Positions 9,794 through 20,020 of a stretch of 64,000 nt of DNA are shown in pieces. A program made the translations under genes and the position numbers. The stretch's first letter is position 1. Each line of letters starts with the position of its first letter. The notes beneath the pieces are model-generated. The model did not search any database. It was not told the origin of the DNA and worked only from the letters and a program-made list of their open reading frames with translations. The stretch is from a virus (lineage: Duplodnaviria; Caudoviricetes): IMG/VR virus record IMGVR_UViG_3300028886_000042; one strand, 5' to 3'.

Positions 9794-10984
9794 ATGAGTG
9801 AGTTTAACGATACATACCACAAGGCCGGTGTTCTTATGCAAAGTGCCTTGAAGAAATATGAGAAAGGTGATATTGAAGGGGGAAACAAGGACAGACAGAT
9901 GGCAAACGACATGTATGACCTTGCAGAAAAAGAAGTCGATTCGGAACAGGGCATGACAATGCTGTATGGGGAAAACCGTAACTTCGGTATCATATACAAA
10001 GTATTCGAGAGTAATGCACCGAAGCTTTTCAAGGAAAAGAACGGTAAGGTGAAACTCGGAAAAATACTGAATCTCATAAAGGAAAACAAGGTACTTAAAT
10101 CGGAATTCGACATTTACAAGTCTCTTGTCTATCCTGATTCAGTCTGTGATTCGGAAACTTATGTAAACGAGGCTGTTTCCGTCATACATCCGCTTAAAAA
10201 GGAAGATGTCGTAAGAAACAACGAGGAACTGATAAGGACATTCCGTAAACTCGGTTTGGATGAAATGGTTGAAATTTCAGACGATGACATGAAACTCATG
10301 GAATCAGTTGAGTTTGTCACATTAAACAGAAAGAACCTCAATAATGCCAACGAGTTTGCAAAGGCAAAGAAATGCCTGTCTGAGCATATAGATAAAAACT
10401 GCAAATACACTGAGGTAAACAGTAATTCAGTCGATGAGGTACTTAGGGAAGGTATTGACAGTGTTAATGAGAAATATGTATCAGACCTTACGGATGAAGA
10501 GAAGATGCTTGTAGAGAAACTTAACGGAATAACCTCAAAGGAAGCATATTTCGACATAGCAAAGAATGATACGATAAAGATACTGAATGAAAGGCTGAAT
10601 GAATGTGATGAGGAAAACTATACGGATTTGGAGAAGATAGTTGAAAACGTTGCCATGAAGACATATGATGAAGACAGGTTTATTTCAGACGCGGCAGAAT
10701 TCAGGGAAATAAAAGATACACTTACCGAATCTGAGAAAACAGATACCGATTCAGTTGAATCACTGTCAATAGAACTTGCAAGAAACTGTATAGGTGAAAG
10801 TACACGTAACAGAGACTGGATTATAAGTGAACTGTCATATATTACAGATGATGAGACAGATGCAAGTAAGATAGTGGAAGATATTGAAAGAATGGCTGAT
10901 AAATATAAACCGGAAAATATGGGTGGTATTATAAAAACAAACCTTAAAGCCGGTAAATATAAAGGTTGGTGGAAGAACATGTAA
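9794..10984 (+). CDS. Hypothetical head-module protein
   Basis: 396 aa between portal and protease; preceded by TATTTAT. Confidence 0.6.
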   Translation: MSEFNDTYHKAGVLMQSALKKYEKGDIEGGNKDRQMANDMYDLAEKEVDSEQGMTMLYGENRNFGIIYKVFESNAPKLFKEKNGKVKLGKILNLIKENKVLKSEFDIYKSLVYPDSVCDSETYVNEAVSVIHPLKKEDVVRNNEELIRTFRKLGLDEMVEISDDDMKLMESVEFVTLNRKNLNNANEFAKAKKCLSEHIDKNCKYTEVNSNSVDEVLREGIDSVNEKYVSDLTDEEKMLVEKLNGITSKEAYFDIAKNDTIKILNERLNECDEENYTDLEKIVENVAMKTYDEDRFISDAAEFREIKDTLTESEKTDTDSVESLSIELARNCIGESTRNRDWIISELSYITDDETDASKIVEDIERMADKYKPENMGGIIKTNLKAGKYKGWWKNM

Positions 10985-10996
10985 TTTTTTCTTATA

Positions 10997-11026
10997 AAAC
11001 ACTCCGTTATTCGGGGTGTTTTTTTT
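10997..11026. terminator. Bidirectional terminator
   Basis: AAAACACTCCG...CGGGGTGTTTT between convergent genes. Confidence 0.75.
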
Positions 11027-11067
11027 GTCTGAATGAGCCGTTAACGGGCAGTCATTGGTTTGGTGGC

Positions 11068-11934
11068 TCATTTTTCATTTGTTAATGGACTAAACAAAGT
11101 AAGAAATGTTATATCCTTTGGGTCAAACGTTTCCAATAATGCTTCTGCTGAATCAGAAATAGTCTTTCCACTTGTTACTGTATCATCAAGCACAAGTACT
11201 CGCTTTCCGTTAATGTCATTGGCTAATTCCAAATTACTTTTCACTTCATCAGAGATGTACATTGACTGAATTACGTATTGTCTATATTTTTCTTCAATAT
11301 ATTTGTATGAAAAAACCCCATCGTTTTTACGGTTCATTTTCATTATTGACCTTTCTATTTCTTTCTTACAATCCCTAAATTCTTCGTCTGTATTAGTCAT
11401 TTGGGCAATAAGGTCATCATCTATCATATAGTCAAGAACATAATTTGCATCATACTTTTTAAAGAAATCCTTTATTGCTTTCTCATGTGGAATAATTCTT
11501 TCAACTATACCAAAAATCCTATTATTAAGTTGATTATTAGATGGTGTTGTGATTATCACATCAAAATTCTCATTCAATTCTTTCGTGACAGCAACAAATC
11601 TGCGTAATAACGCCATTAAATCATAATGTTCATCTCTAAACCCCCAATCTTTATGTCCCTTTAAAGCCTTTATTAATGGGTTTGAATCATATCTGTCATT
11701 TGTCTTCTTTCTTGTGAATACAGAAATAACTTTATAGCCGTTGACATTATTGTAAATTGGATATGGATTCCAAGGGTCATTAGTATCAACATATTCTTGG
11801 TGATTAGGATTAAAGCCAACAGTATGCGGAATAGAATCAGTATCTATATCTATTCCTTCTATTACTTTCTGAACAGCCTCTTTTACAACTTCCTTCAGCT
11901 CATTTTCGGTTAGTCTTATCTGTTTCTTCCCCAT
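11068..11934 (-). CDS. Type I phosphoribosyltransferase-fold protein with N-terminal leader
   Basis: PRPP-binding loop VLVLDDTVTSGKT; N-terminus MGKKQIRLTENELKEVVKEAV. Confidence 0.75.
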   Translation of the reverse strand: MGKKQIRLTENELKEVVKEAVQKVIEGIDIDTDSIPHTVGFNPNHQEYVDTNDPWNPYPIYNNVNGYKVISVFTRKKTNDRYDSNPLIKALKGHKDWGFRDEHYDLMALLRRFVAVTKELNENFDVIITTPSNNQLNNRIFGIVERIIPHEKAIKDFFKKYDANYVLDYMIDDDLIAQMTNTDEEFRDCKKEIERSIMKMNRKNDGVFSYKYIEEKYRQYVIQSMYISDEVKSNLELANDINGKRVLVLDDTVTSGKTISDSAEALLETFDPKDITFLTLFSPLTNEK

Positions 11935-12238
11935 ATACAGTACAGTTTATCGTTCATAATTATCCAAACCACGTGCAAATATACTACTTTTTCATGTAAC
12001 AAATAAACTTCTAAAGTTATTTATTGTTAAATAACTGAATATTACAGTAAAGAAGAACATACTACAAGCAATTGAATGTCTTAAAAATGCTGTTGCTACC
12101 GATGCTCAACTCTACTAAAGAGCCATTAGCGAGCCATTAACAGAAAGTTCAACATACTGAAAATAAATCTGTTGACAATGTTAAACAGAATTATCATGAG
12201 CCTTTAACAATTAAAGGTTCATTTTTTTTTAGTATTTT

Positions 12239-12269
12239 TTTGGAATTTATTAATAAAATAGTATATTTG
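12239..12269 (+). promoter_or_regulatory. Bacteroidota-type promoter
   Basis: TTTG-N19-TATATTTG. Confidence 0.7.
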
Positions 12270-12289
12270 CAATATATTCTAAATTTTTA

Positions 12290-12718
12290 ATGATTAAGAG
12301 AACAGCAAAGGAGTATAGTATCAGTGATGAAACTACCGGTCTTAAGACAAAATACGGTGCTTTGGACAAGAAGAATCCGGAAGTGATTTATATAAAGTCA
12401 CGTGCTACGATAACACCGAAGGTAAGGAAAAGGGATTTTTCAGACAGTATATCCAAACTGAAAAAGGTATTTGAGGATAATGTGAAGAAGACAATGGCAC
12501 ATCTGACTGACTATGACAAACGTCATATATGTACGTTGGAAATAAGTGAGAACGGTATATCATACGGAAAGAAAAGCCGTGTAAGATATGATATATTCAT
12601 AAAACCAAAAACAGTGAAGCCACTTGAGGAATACAGGGATGAAATTCAGAAACTTTCACATATTTTCAATACAGACCTTAAAACACTTCTTAATGATAAT
12701 AATATAGATGTCCGGTAA
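12290..12718 (+). CDS. Hypothetical protein
   Basis: 142-aa ORF downstream of a promoter. Confidence 0.6.
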   Translation: MIKRTAKEYSISDETTGLKTKYGALDKKNPEVIYIKSRATITPKVRKRDFSDSISKLKKVFEDNVKKTMAHLTDYDKRHICTLEISENGISYGKKSRVRYDIFIKPKTVKPLEEYRDEIQKLSHIFNTDLKTLLNDNNIDVR

Positions 12719-12765
12719 TATATTTATACGGATATAGTCATATTTATTAAAAAAGATTTTTTTCA

Positions 12766-13959
12766 ATGAAAAAGATACAGAATAAGGAACAGCTTGTAGA
12801 AATTAAGAAGGGACAGACAGGTTACGGACTGCTTATAGAGAATGACGGTCATATCACAGGAAAACCGGATATGATAAATCAGATTAAGGAGGATATTGAC
12901 AATAACCATAAATTTGTCATACCTGATGACTTTATAGTGTCGGCAGTATTTCAGAAATACGGTATAAAAAACGCAAACGGAAGAATCTATCCTGAGGATG
13001 TACTGAGAAGGGAAGTACAGAAATATTTGGAGACGAGAGTTGCCATGCATAATGCAATCGGGGCCTTAGACCATCCATCTTGTCAACTTGCAGATACACA
13101 AATATTTACAGAAAAAGGTTGGAAATATATAAGTGATGTTGAAGTTGGTGAGAATATACTTACGGTTACAGAAGATAAGAAAATCGAAATTAAACCTGTT
13201 TTACGTAAGATAGATGAACCGTATAAAGGAAAACTCATCCATTTAAAGGGTAGATTTATTGATATTAAGGTAACACCTAATCATCGTTTTCCTGTATTAG
13301 ACCGTAACCAGAAATGGAAAGGATTTTATACTGCACAGGATATATTGGACGGTAATGTACCTGACCAAAATCATTCATATTTTTTCAAAGTCGGCGAATG
13401 GAAGGGTGAAGAAGATAGTGAATTTGTTGTTAATGCATTAACAGATGCTGAAGTTACTGAAGAGGACTATGAAGGACGTGTATATTGTGTTGAGGTTGAA
13501 AACCATACTTTTTACACAATGTGCAATGACGGACATTGTTTATGGTCAGGTAATTCATCGAGCTTATCCGGTCATGATGTAACACATAATATCTTGGATT
13601 TAAGGTGGGAAAAGAATACACTTGTAGGAGAAATGAAACTTCATCTGTCACCCGGTTATAAAAAATATGGTATTTGTTCAACAAGTGGTGATTTGGTTGC
13701 TAATATGATACTTGACGGCATTCTTATAGGTGTATCTTCGAGAGGTGTAGGAAGTGTTGAACAAAAGTTCGGAACTACCTTAGTATCAGACGATTATGAG
13801 TTAATTTGTTGGGACGTTGTTATCGAAAATTCAACACCGGGTGCTTATATTAAAACTAACCCTGAAGACTTAAAGCCTTTTATAGAAGGTGATTTATCTA
13901 AAAATGGTGAACTTTTAAACGAAAAAATCAAAAAATTAGGTAAGATTTTGAATCTTTAG
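12766..13959 (+). CDS. gp21: Prohead core protease (T4 gp21-like), intein-containing
   Basis: NANGRIYP, GALDHP, IGVSSRGVGS and WDVV..STPGA motifs. Confidence 0.92.
   Translation: MKKIQNKEQLVEIKKGQTGYGLLIENDGHITGKPDMINQIKEDIDNNHKFVIPDDFIVSAVFQKYGIKNANGRIYPEDVLRREVQKYLETRVAMHNAIGALDHPSCQLADTQIFTEKGWKYISDVEVGENILTVTEDKKIEIKPVLRKIDEPYKGKLIHLKGRFIDIKVTPNHRFPVLDRNQKWKGFYTAQDILDGNVPDQNHSYFFKVGEWKGEEDSEFVVNALTDAEVTEEDYEGRVYCVEVENHTFYTMCNDGHCLWSGNSSSLSGHDVTHNILDLRWEKNTLVGEMKLHLSPGYKKYGICSTSGDLVANMILDGILIGVSSRGVGSVEQKFGTTLVSDDYELICWDVVIENSTPGAYIKTNPEDLKPFIEGDLSKNGELLNEKIKKLGKILNL
13081..13554 (+). mobile_element. 158-aa mini-intein
   Basis: Starts CQLADTQIFTEKGW; block B VTPNH; block F VYCVEVENHTF; ends WSGN followed by Ser+1; no endonuclease motifs. 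Confidence 0.9.
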
Positions 13960-14015
13960 CATAATCCTATACTATTTATTGTAAATCTGCAACATATTTG
14001 CAGATAAAAAATAGT

Positions 14016-15221
14016 ATGTTTAAAGAAGATTATATTAAACGAGCACGGGAGATACATGGTGATAACTATGATTACAGTCAATTACCCGAAGAATTTAAAG
14101 GAACTGATAAAATCACAATTATTTGCAAAGAACACGGCCCGTTTGTTCAAATTGCAAGAAACCATATAAGTGTACAGCATTCAGGTTGTCCCATTTGCGG
14201 AAGAAAACGTGCAAATAGTAAATTAACAGATACTTTCGAAGAATTTGTTAAAAAGGCAAGAAAAGTACATGGTGAAAACTTTGAATATATTGAAAGTAGT
14301 TTCAAAAAAACCGGTTCTAAATTAAAGATAAAATGTAACAAATGTGGGAAAATATTCGAACAAACAGGTTCTATGCATTTATCCGGCAATGGGTGCTCAC
14401 ATTGCAATCCACCACATAAAAAGCGAACGACAGAAGATTTCGCTGCTGAACTTGCTATAACTCATCCAAATCTGGAACTGCTAAGTGAATATGTTAATAC
14501 AAATACACCTATTACTGTTAGATGTAAAATACATGACTATACTTATCAAACAACACCCCATCGTTTAAAACAGGGGGCAAATTGTCAAAAATGTTATGAT
14601 GATAGAAGAAGTGTAACTAATAGAAAACCTATTGAAAAAATACTTGAAGAAGTAGAAAAAATTCATGGGGATAAATATATTTTACCTTATATCAATACAG
14701 AGTACATAAACTCTAAGACAAAATTAACATGTAAATGCAAACACGGACATGAATTTAAAATTACTCTAAATAAACTGATAAACAGAGAACAGGGTTGTCC
14801 TATCTGTAATGAAAGTCATCTTGAGGAGAAAATCTCACTTTTAATCCCATCATTTGAGCGAAATAAGCATTATGACTGGCTTAAAAATCCAAAAACTAAT
14901 TGTATGTTAACATTAGATTCCTATGATGAAAAACTTAATGTAGCAATAGAATGTCAGGGAGACCAACATTTCAAACCGTATGAAATATGGGGTGGGGAAG
15001 TTTCATTTAAAAAGAACATTGAGCGTGACATTATTAAAAATAGGTTATGCAAAGAACATGGTACAAAATTAATTTATGTAATCCCTAAATCATACAAAAA
15101 TAAATTAAATGAAGAGAAATATAAGGGAATATATACTGACGATAATGTATTCTTTATTGAAGATATAGAAAAAGATTGCACAGATTTCATTAATATGATA
15201 TATGATTCTCAAAAAAAGTAA
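14016..15221 (+). CDS. Free-standing homing endonuclease-like protein (Zn-binding repeats plus Vsr-like/PD-(D/E)XK domain)
   Basis: Repeated HG..YDY..I.C..HG.F......H....GCP.C units; C-terminal LD.Y...NVAIECQGDQH; ATG at 14016. Confidence 0.72.
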   Translation: MFKEDYIKRAREIHGDNYDYSQLPEEFKGTDKITIICKEHGPFVQIARNHISVQHSGCPICGRKRANSKLTDTFEEFVKKARKVHGENFEYIESSFKKTGSKLKIKCNKCGKIFEQTGSMHLSGNGCSHCNPPHKKRTTEDFAAELAITHPNLELLSEYVNTNTPITVRCKIHDYTYQTTPHRLKQGANCQKCYDDRRSVTNRKPIEKILEEVEKIHGDKYILPYINTEYINSKTKLTCKCKHGHEFKITLNKLINREQGCPICNESHLEEKISLLIPSFERNKHYDWLKNPKTNCMLTLDSYDEKLNVAIECQGDQHFKPYEIWGGEVSFKKNIERDIIKNRLCKEHGTKLIYVIPKSYKNKLNEEKYKGIYTDDNVFFIEDIEKDCTDFINMIYDSQKK

Positions 15222-15261
15222 CTATATATCTACTACATAATGCAGTCCGAAATTTATCTAA

Positions 15262-16230
15262 ATGGCAAGAAAGGTGAAAATAACAGAGGAAGTTTATAAT
15301 GCGTATCTTAACGGTGGTAGTGTAAGAAAGTCAATAATTGACGAGGCTTTGCATTACCCTTATTTTTTGGATGACCTGAAAGCAGAGGCAGAATTCTGTA
15401 TTAATGAAGAAGTACATTCAATGATGAAAAACAATGAGGTTGAAAGAACATTCAATCCTGTTTTGAGGGCTAATCAATATTTCAAGAATATAACAGTAAC
15501 ACTTAAACTGTTATATAATGAGGATATAGACACTAATGAGAATTATCATGGCTCTGCTAATTCAGATGAAACTTTGGAAGATAATCTTCTGAAAAATGCA
15601 TTTCTTGATTTTACATTTCCGGTATCATATACAAAAGAGCTGAATACAGGAAAGATGGATATGGCAATAGGACATGAGATAGGTCATCTGTATGATGATT
15701 ACAGTGATTTACTACGTGGCGGTAAGGGTGTATTCAACAGAGAAAGTACACCGTCAAAGAAAACAATCCTTTTCAATAAAACAAGAATATCCCGTGACAA
15801 ACTCTTGAATGCAATAGGTTCAATAGCATACTTGTCCATATATACTGAAAGCAATTCATTTACAGCACAGATAAAGGATGAACTAAAGGGGCTAAAGGCA
15901 ACTCATGATAATATACAGGATAAGTTCAAGGAGACGGTATCTTATCAAAATCTAAGAAAAACAGAAGATGAGTTTAATGATATTATAGACAAGTATACTG
16001 AAATTGAATTATTTCATACAAACTCAAGAATACTTAATGATTATGGCAATACTGATATACCTAAAATGAACAAATATGATTTTAACGGGGAAAAATACAG
16101 AGTAATGCTTAAGAGGTGGGCTGACAGGGTTTTGAGGAAACTTGCAAATAGATACAGGGGTGTTGTTCAGTTATATAAAGATGAATTAACTGAAAGTTAT
16201 TATACCAATAATTGTTTCATTGTTTTCTAG
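15262..16230 (+). CDS. Putative zinc metalloprotease with leader-like N-terminus
   Basis: HEIGH motif; N-terminus RKVKITEE. Confidence 0.6.
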   Translation: MARKVKITEEVYNAYLNGGSVRKSIIDEALHYPYFLDDLKAEAEFCINEEVHSMMKNNEVERTFNPVLRANQYFKNITVTLKLLYNEDIDTNENYHGSANSDETLEDNLLKNAFLDFTFPVSYTKELNTGKMDMAIGHEIGHLYDDYSDLLRGGKGVFNRESTPSKKTILFNKTRISRDKLLNAIGSIAYLSIYTESNSFTAQIKDELKGLKATHDNIQDKFKETVSYQNLRKTEDEFNDIIDKYTEIELFHTNSRILNDYGNTDIPKMNKYDFNGEKYRVMLKRWADRVLRKLANRYRGVVQLYKDELTESYYTNNCFIVF

Positions 16231-16282
16231 ATAAACAGATATTTTATCAAAATTTTAAGTTTTTTTAACTAAAATATACCTC

Positions 16283-16309
16283 CGGGCCATGAAAATGACC
16301 CGTTTTTTT
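16283..16309 (+). terminator. Rho-independent terminator
   Basis: CGGG.CAT...ATG.CCCG stem plus T tract. Confidence 0.6.
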
Positions 16310-16367
16310 GTGTTTTTAAACAATTATATATATTTATATTTAAAATAATTGGATAAATTTAGTCATA

Positions 16368-17807
16368 ATGGCAAATAATATCAGAAGCGAATATATCAAG
16401 AATCTTGTTGAGGAAAGGGATAAGTTGACACAGAAGCTTGAAGATACTACGAAGAATACCCTACAGAACATCGTAGAGGAGAGTATCAACAAACAGCTGC
16501 GTAACATGATTTCAGAAGCCAACGACGATTTTGAAGAGGAAGAGGTGAAAACCGACACTGAGGAAATTACTGACGGTGACGTAGAAAATCCTGATGATAC
16601 TGATTCAGATACAGTTGATACGGACAGTGATACTGATACTGAAGACGTTGCAGGCGCGGAAGGCAGTGATGATACTGATGATGATACTGCAAGCGAGGAA
16701 ATGTGGGACGGACTTGAGGATTTCAAAGGTGAAGACGGTGAGTATGACCTGACTGGAATGGGTAAGGAAGACGTTATCAAAGTATTGAAGGTTATGAAAC
16801 CCGAAGACGGAGTGAGAGTTGTCAAGAACGGAAACGGTAGTGTTACCTTGACGGATGACGAAACTGAAAAGGAGTATATCATTGACATTGACGGTTCAAT
16901 CGAGTCTGAGGATGAATCCGGTACAGAAGATAACGACGAAGTTACATTTGAGCTTGAGACTGATGATATGACAGATGAATGCGGAATCAGAACCGGTAAT
17001 AAGGTTAATGAGGGTGAAGTAGACCTTGGATATACCACTGAATATCAGAAGGAGACTGCAATGACAACACCTGATAACCACGAACCTGCTGACAGTAAAG
17101 AAACATATTCCATGGATGCAGGTGTTCCAACCGGTACTGATAGACCTTGGGGTAAGAACAAGGGTGACGGTAAGCCTTTTACAGAAGGCAAGGTATGTCC
17201 TAATTGTGGAAAGGAAGATTGCACCTGTAACGAGGAAGAAATCAACGAAGTCCATACCTCAACCGAAAACAGTGCACAGGCAAGGGGTACTGCTATTACA
17301 AACTCCAACAGTAACAAACACCGTAAGTTTGCAAGAAATCAGCATGAGGAGGGCAAACAGGTAAGAGGTACCGGTGAAGGTTACTCAGAGGGTACTAATG
17401 AAAGCATTCAGATTATCAAGAAGAAGGCAAATTCAATCTTCAGGGAAAACAAGGAACTGAGAAGTATTGCAGAGGCAATAAAGAATAAACTTGAAGAGGC
17501 AATTGTCGTAAACAGCAGTCTTGGCAGCATTATCAAGCTTGTAACTGAAAACAGTACCACAATCGACGAGAAGAAGGATATAATCCGAAGATTTGACAAT
17601 GTTAAGACAATAAATGAGGGCAAGGCACTCTACAACACAATTGCAGAGGAACTTAAGAGAGCAAACAAGGTCAACAACACAAGTGAGAACAAACTTGACG
17701 GACAGCTGACGGAATCAAAGAAGACAAAACTTGTTGAAACCACAATGTACCAGTCAGCAGACCTGTCAGCAACACTGAGCCTGATGGAACGCCTTAACAA
17801 AATGTAA
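16368..17807 (+). CDS. Prohead scaffold/core protein (gp22-like position)
   Basis: Very acidic, coiled-coil C-terminus, many (I/L/V)xE sites, directly upstream of the MCP. Confidence 0.75.
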   Translation: MANNIRSEYIKNLVEERDKLTQKLEDTTKNTLQNIVEESINKQLRNMISEANDDFEEEEVKTDTEEITDGDVENPDDTDSDTVDTDSDTDTEDVAGAEGSDDTDDDTASEEMWDGLEDFKGEDGEYDLTGMGKEDVIKVLKVMKPEDGVRVVKNGNGSVTLTDDETEKEYIIDIDGSIESEDESGTEDNDEVTFELETDDMTDECGIRTGNKVNEGEVDLGYTTEYQKETAMTTPDNHEPADSKETYSMDAGVPTGTDRPWGKNKGDGKPFTEGKVCPNCGKEDCTCNEEEINEVHTSTENSAQARGTAITNSNSNKHRKFARNQHEEGKQVRGTGEGYSEGTNESIQIIKKKANSIFRENKELRSIAEAIKNKLEEAIVVNSSLGSIIKLVTENSTTIDEKKDIIRRFDNVKTINEGKALYNTIAEELKRANKVNNTSENKLDGQLTESKKTKLVETTMYQSADLSATLSLMERLNKM

Positions 17808-17862
17808 AGACTGATATTATATAATACAAATTAAATAAAAAATAAAGAAAGTATTAAAACAT

Positions 17863-19767
17863 ATGCGTGAATTACTTACAAGCGGTGCAGTAGGCTCAAT
17901 TGAACTTAATGCACAGAAGAAAATCAGACAGGATATCCAGGAAAGATGGCAGAAACTGGGACTTGTAAACGGTCTTGAAGGTCATATTATGGAAACTGTT
18001 GCAACACTTTATGAGAATCAGGCTAAGCACCTTATATATGAGGCTACAGCATCAGATAACTCCGGTTCATTCGAAACTGTTGTGTTCCCACTGATTCGCC
18101 GTGTATTCAGCAAGCTCCTTGCAAACGATATCGTTTCAGTACAGGCTATGAACCTTCCTATCGGTAAGCTGTTCTTCATCAAGCCCGTAACTTCTGAGCG
18201 TGACTGGAACTTTGCTTCCGATACACAGATTACAGACGGTGATACAGGTCGCCACCTAGGTCTTATGGGTTATAAGAGAACACAGAAGAACCGCCTCTAT
18301 GACGCTGACGGTAATCCTGAACCTTTCGATGCAAACGACGAGAGAACATGGAACTCAAAGAACCGTTACTATCTTCCTGACGAGGTTGTACAGCCTACAC
18401 AGACTGATGCTGATACCACAACTCCAGAAGTAACGAAGTACATGAAGAAGACTCTCTATGACCTCTTCTACAATGACTTCCTCTTCGATAATTCAAAGGG
18501 TAAGGTTACTATCAAGGTAGGCAGTGCTTCAGTTGTTACTATCCTTCCTAACGGTGACTATGAGGACGTTGACCCCGCTGACATTCCGGTTAGCCCACTT
18601 GACGGTTCTATCAGCTCACTTATGCTGAAGGTTGGCGGCTTTAGCCAGTTCAATGCAGGTCATCTGATTGGCCCTGACGGTAATGAAATGGACACTGAAT
18701 CATTCCTTGCTTCTCTGAAGGTTATCACTACAAAGGACTTCACTGATGACAGTGAGGACGGTAAGTATACCACATTCAAGAAGGGTGAATCAATCCAGTT
18801 CCGTGTTGTTACACAGAAGTATGCAACAGGTCTCGTAGACTATGCTCCTACATGTGACCCACAAGGACATATCTATATCGAACTCGACCTTACAAAGCCT
18901 TGCAAGAATCAGGGTACTACAATCAACGGTTATATCGGTCTGAACCCCGATACTACTATTGACCCTGCTACTGACTTCCAGGTTGCTTGGGCTGAGTATG
19001 ACTCTCTCGAACTCGAAACCGAGATGGGTGAGGTATCATTCCAGCTGACTTCAGTTACAGTTTCCGTTGAGGAAAGAAAACTCCGTGCAACATGGTCTCC
19101 TGAGTTGGCACAAGACGTGTCCGCATTCCATAACATTGACGCAGAGGCTGAGCTGACTGCTATCCTCTCTGAGCAGATTGCTGCTGAGATTGACCGTGAA
19201 ATTCTCCGTGATATCCGTAAGTCTGCTCCTTGGAAGGCTCGTTGGGACTACAACGGATGGCAGAGAATCGGTACTCCTTCAACTGTTTATACACAGAAGG
19301 ACTGGAATCAGACTCTTATGACTAAGATTAACATGATTTCAGCACAGATTCAGAAGTCAACACTCCGTGGCGGTGCAAGCTTCATTGTTGTATCTGCTGA
19401 GATTTCAGCTGTATTGAACGACCTTGAATACTTCCATGTAACAGATGCAAGTGCCGAGAGCGAACAGTACAACATGGGTATCGAGAAAATCGGTTCTTTG
19501 CAGGGACGTTATCAGGTTATTGTTGACCCATATGCACCTCACTGGTCATTGATTATGGGACACCACGGTACATCTTTGCTTGATACAGGTTATATCTATG
19601 CACCATATATTCCCATGGCTTTGACACCTGTAATGTACAACCCGTTCAACTTTGCGCCCGTAAAGGGGATATCCACAAGATATGCTAAGAAGTTAGTAAA
19701 CAACCGTTACTACGGTGCAATTCAATGCGACGGCTTGACCCATTGGTCGACAGACGAGTTGCGTTAA
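17863..19767 (+). CDS. gp23: Major capsid protein (T4 gp23-like)
   Basis: LIRRVFSKLLANDIVSVQAM, RKLRATWSPELAQD...DAEAELTAILSEQIAAEIDREI, YAPYIP, TRYA. Confidence 0.96.
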   Translation: MRELLTSGAVGSIELNAQKKIRQDIQERWQKLGLVNGLEGHIMETVATLYENQAKHLIYEATASDNSGSFETVVFPLIRRVFSKLLANDIVSVQAMNLPIGKLFFIKPVTSERDWNFASDTQITDGDTGRHLGLMGYKRTQKNRLYDADGNPEPFDANDERTWNSKNRYYLPDEVVQPTQTDADTTTPEVTKYMKKTLYDLFYNDFLFDNSKGKVTIKVGSASVVTILPNGDYEDVDPADIPVSPLDGSISSLMLKVGGFSQFNAGHLIGPDGNEMDTESFLASLKVITTKDFTDDSEDGKYTTFKKGESIQFRVVTQKYATGLVDYAPTCDPQGHIYIELDLTKPCKNQGTTINGYIGLNPDTTIDPATDFQVAWAEYDSLELETEMGEVSFQLTSVTVSVEERKLRATWSPELAQDVSAFHNIDAEAELTAILSEQIAAEIDREILRDIRKSAPWKARWDYNGWQRIGTPSTVYTQKDWNQTLMTKINMISAQIQKSTLRGGASFIVVSAEISAVLNDLEYFHVTDASAESEQYNMGIEKIGSLQGRYQVIVDPYAPHWSLIMGHHGTSLLDTGYIYAPYIPMALTPVMYNPFNFAPVKGISTRYAKKLVNNRYYGAIQCDGLTHWSTDELR

Positions 19768-19802
19768 TTTGCTGATAATCAGTTACTTACGATATTTTAT
19801 TA

Positions 19803-19838
19803 AAGAAAGGGTTAAGTTATTTAACCCTTTCTTTTTTG
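19803..19838 (+). terminator. Strong terminator after the MCP
   Basis: AAGAAAGGGTTAA/TTAACCCTTTCTT stem plus T tract. Confidence 0.8.
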
Positions 19839-19961
19839 TTCCTTATTAATAGTCAAGATATACCCTTTATAATCCGTTTAATTTACGACCCTCTTAAAGG
19901 TGTGACCTTGAAAATACCTATTTATTTTTGACATTTTTTTTGAAAAATCTAACTATTTATA

Positions 19962-19993
19962 TTTGGTTATATAAAAATAAAGCAGTATATTTG
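19962..19993 (+). promoter_or_regulatory. Bacteroidota-type promoter
   Basis: TTTG-N20-TATATTTG. Confidence 0.65.
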
Positions 19994-20020
19994 CAACGAA
20001 ATTAAAAGGTTTAATAAAAA

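Noticed and set aside
11940-12290. tRNA or structured ncRNA in the longer intergenic gaps (also 980-1266, 19770-20020)
   Set aside because: No cloverleaf or recognisable RNA family seen; only promoters, terminators and short repeats
16340-17364. Antisense and overlapping ORFs in the track (also within portal, fibre and polB genes)
   Set aside because: Shadow frames of strongly biased real genes, with no motifs or expression signals
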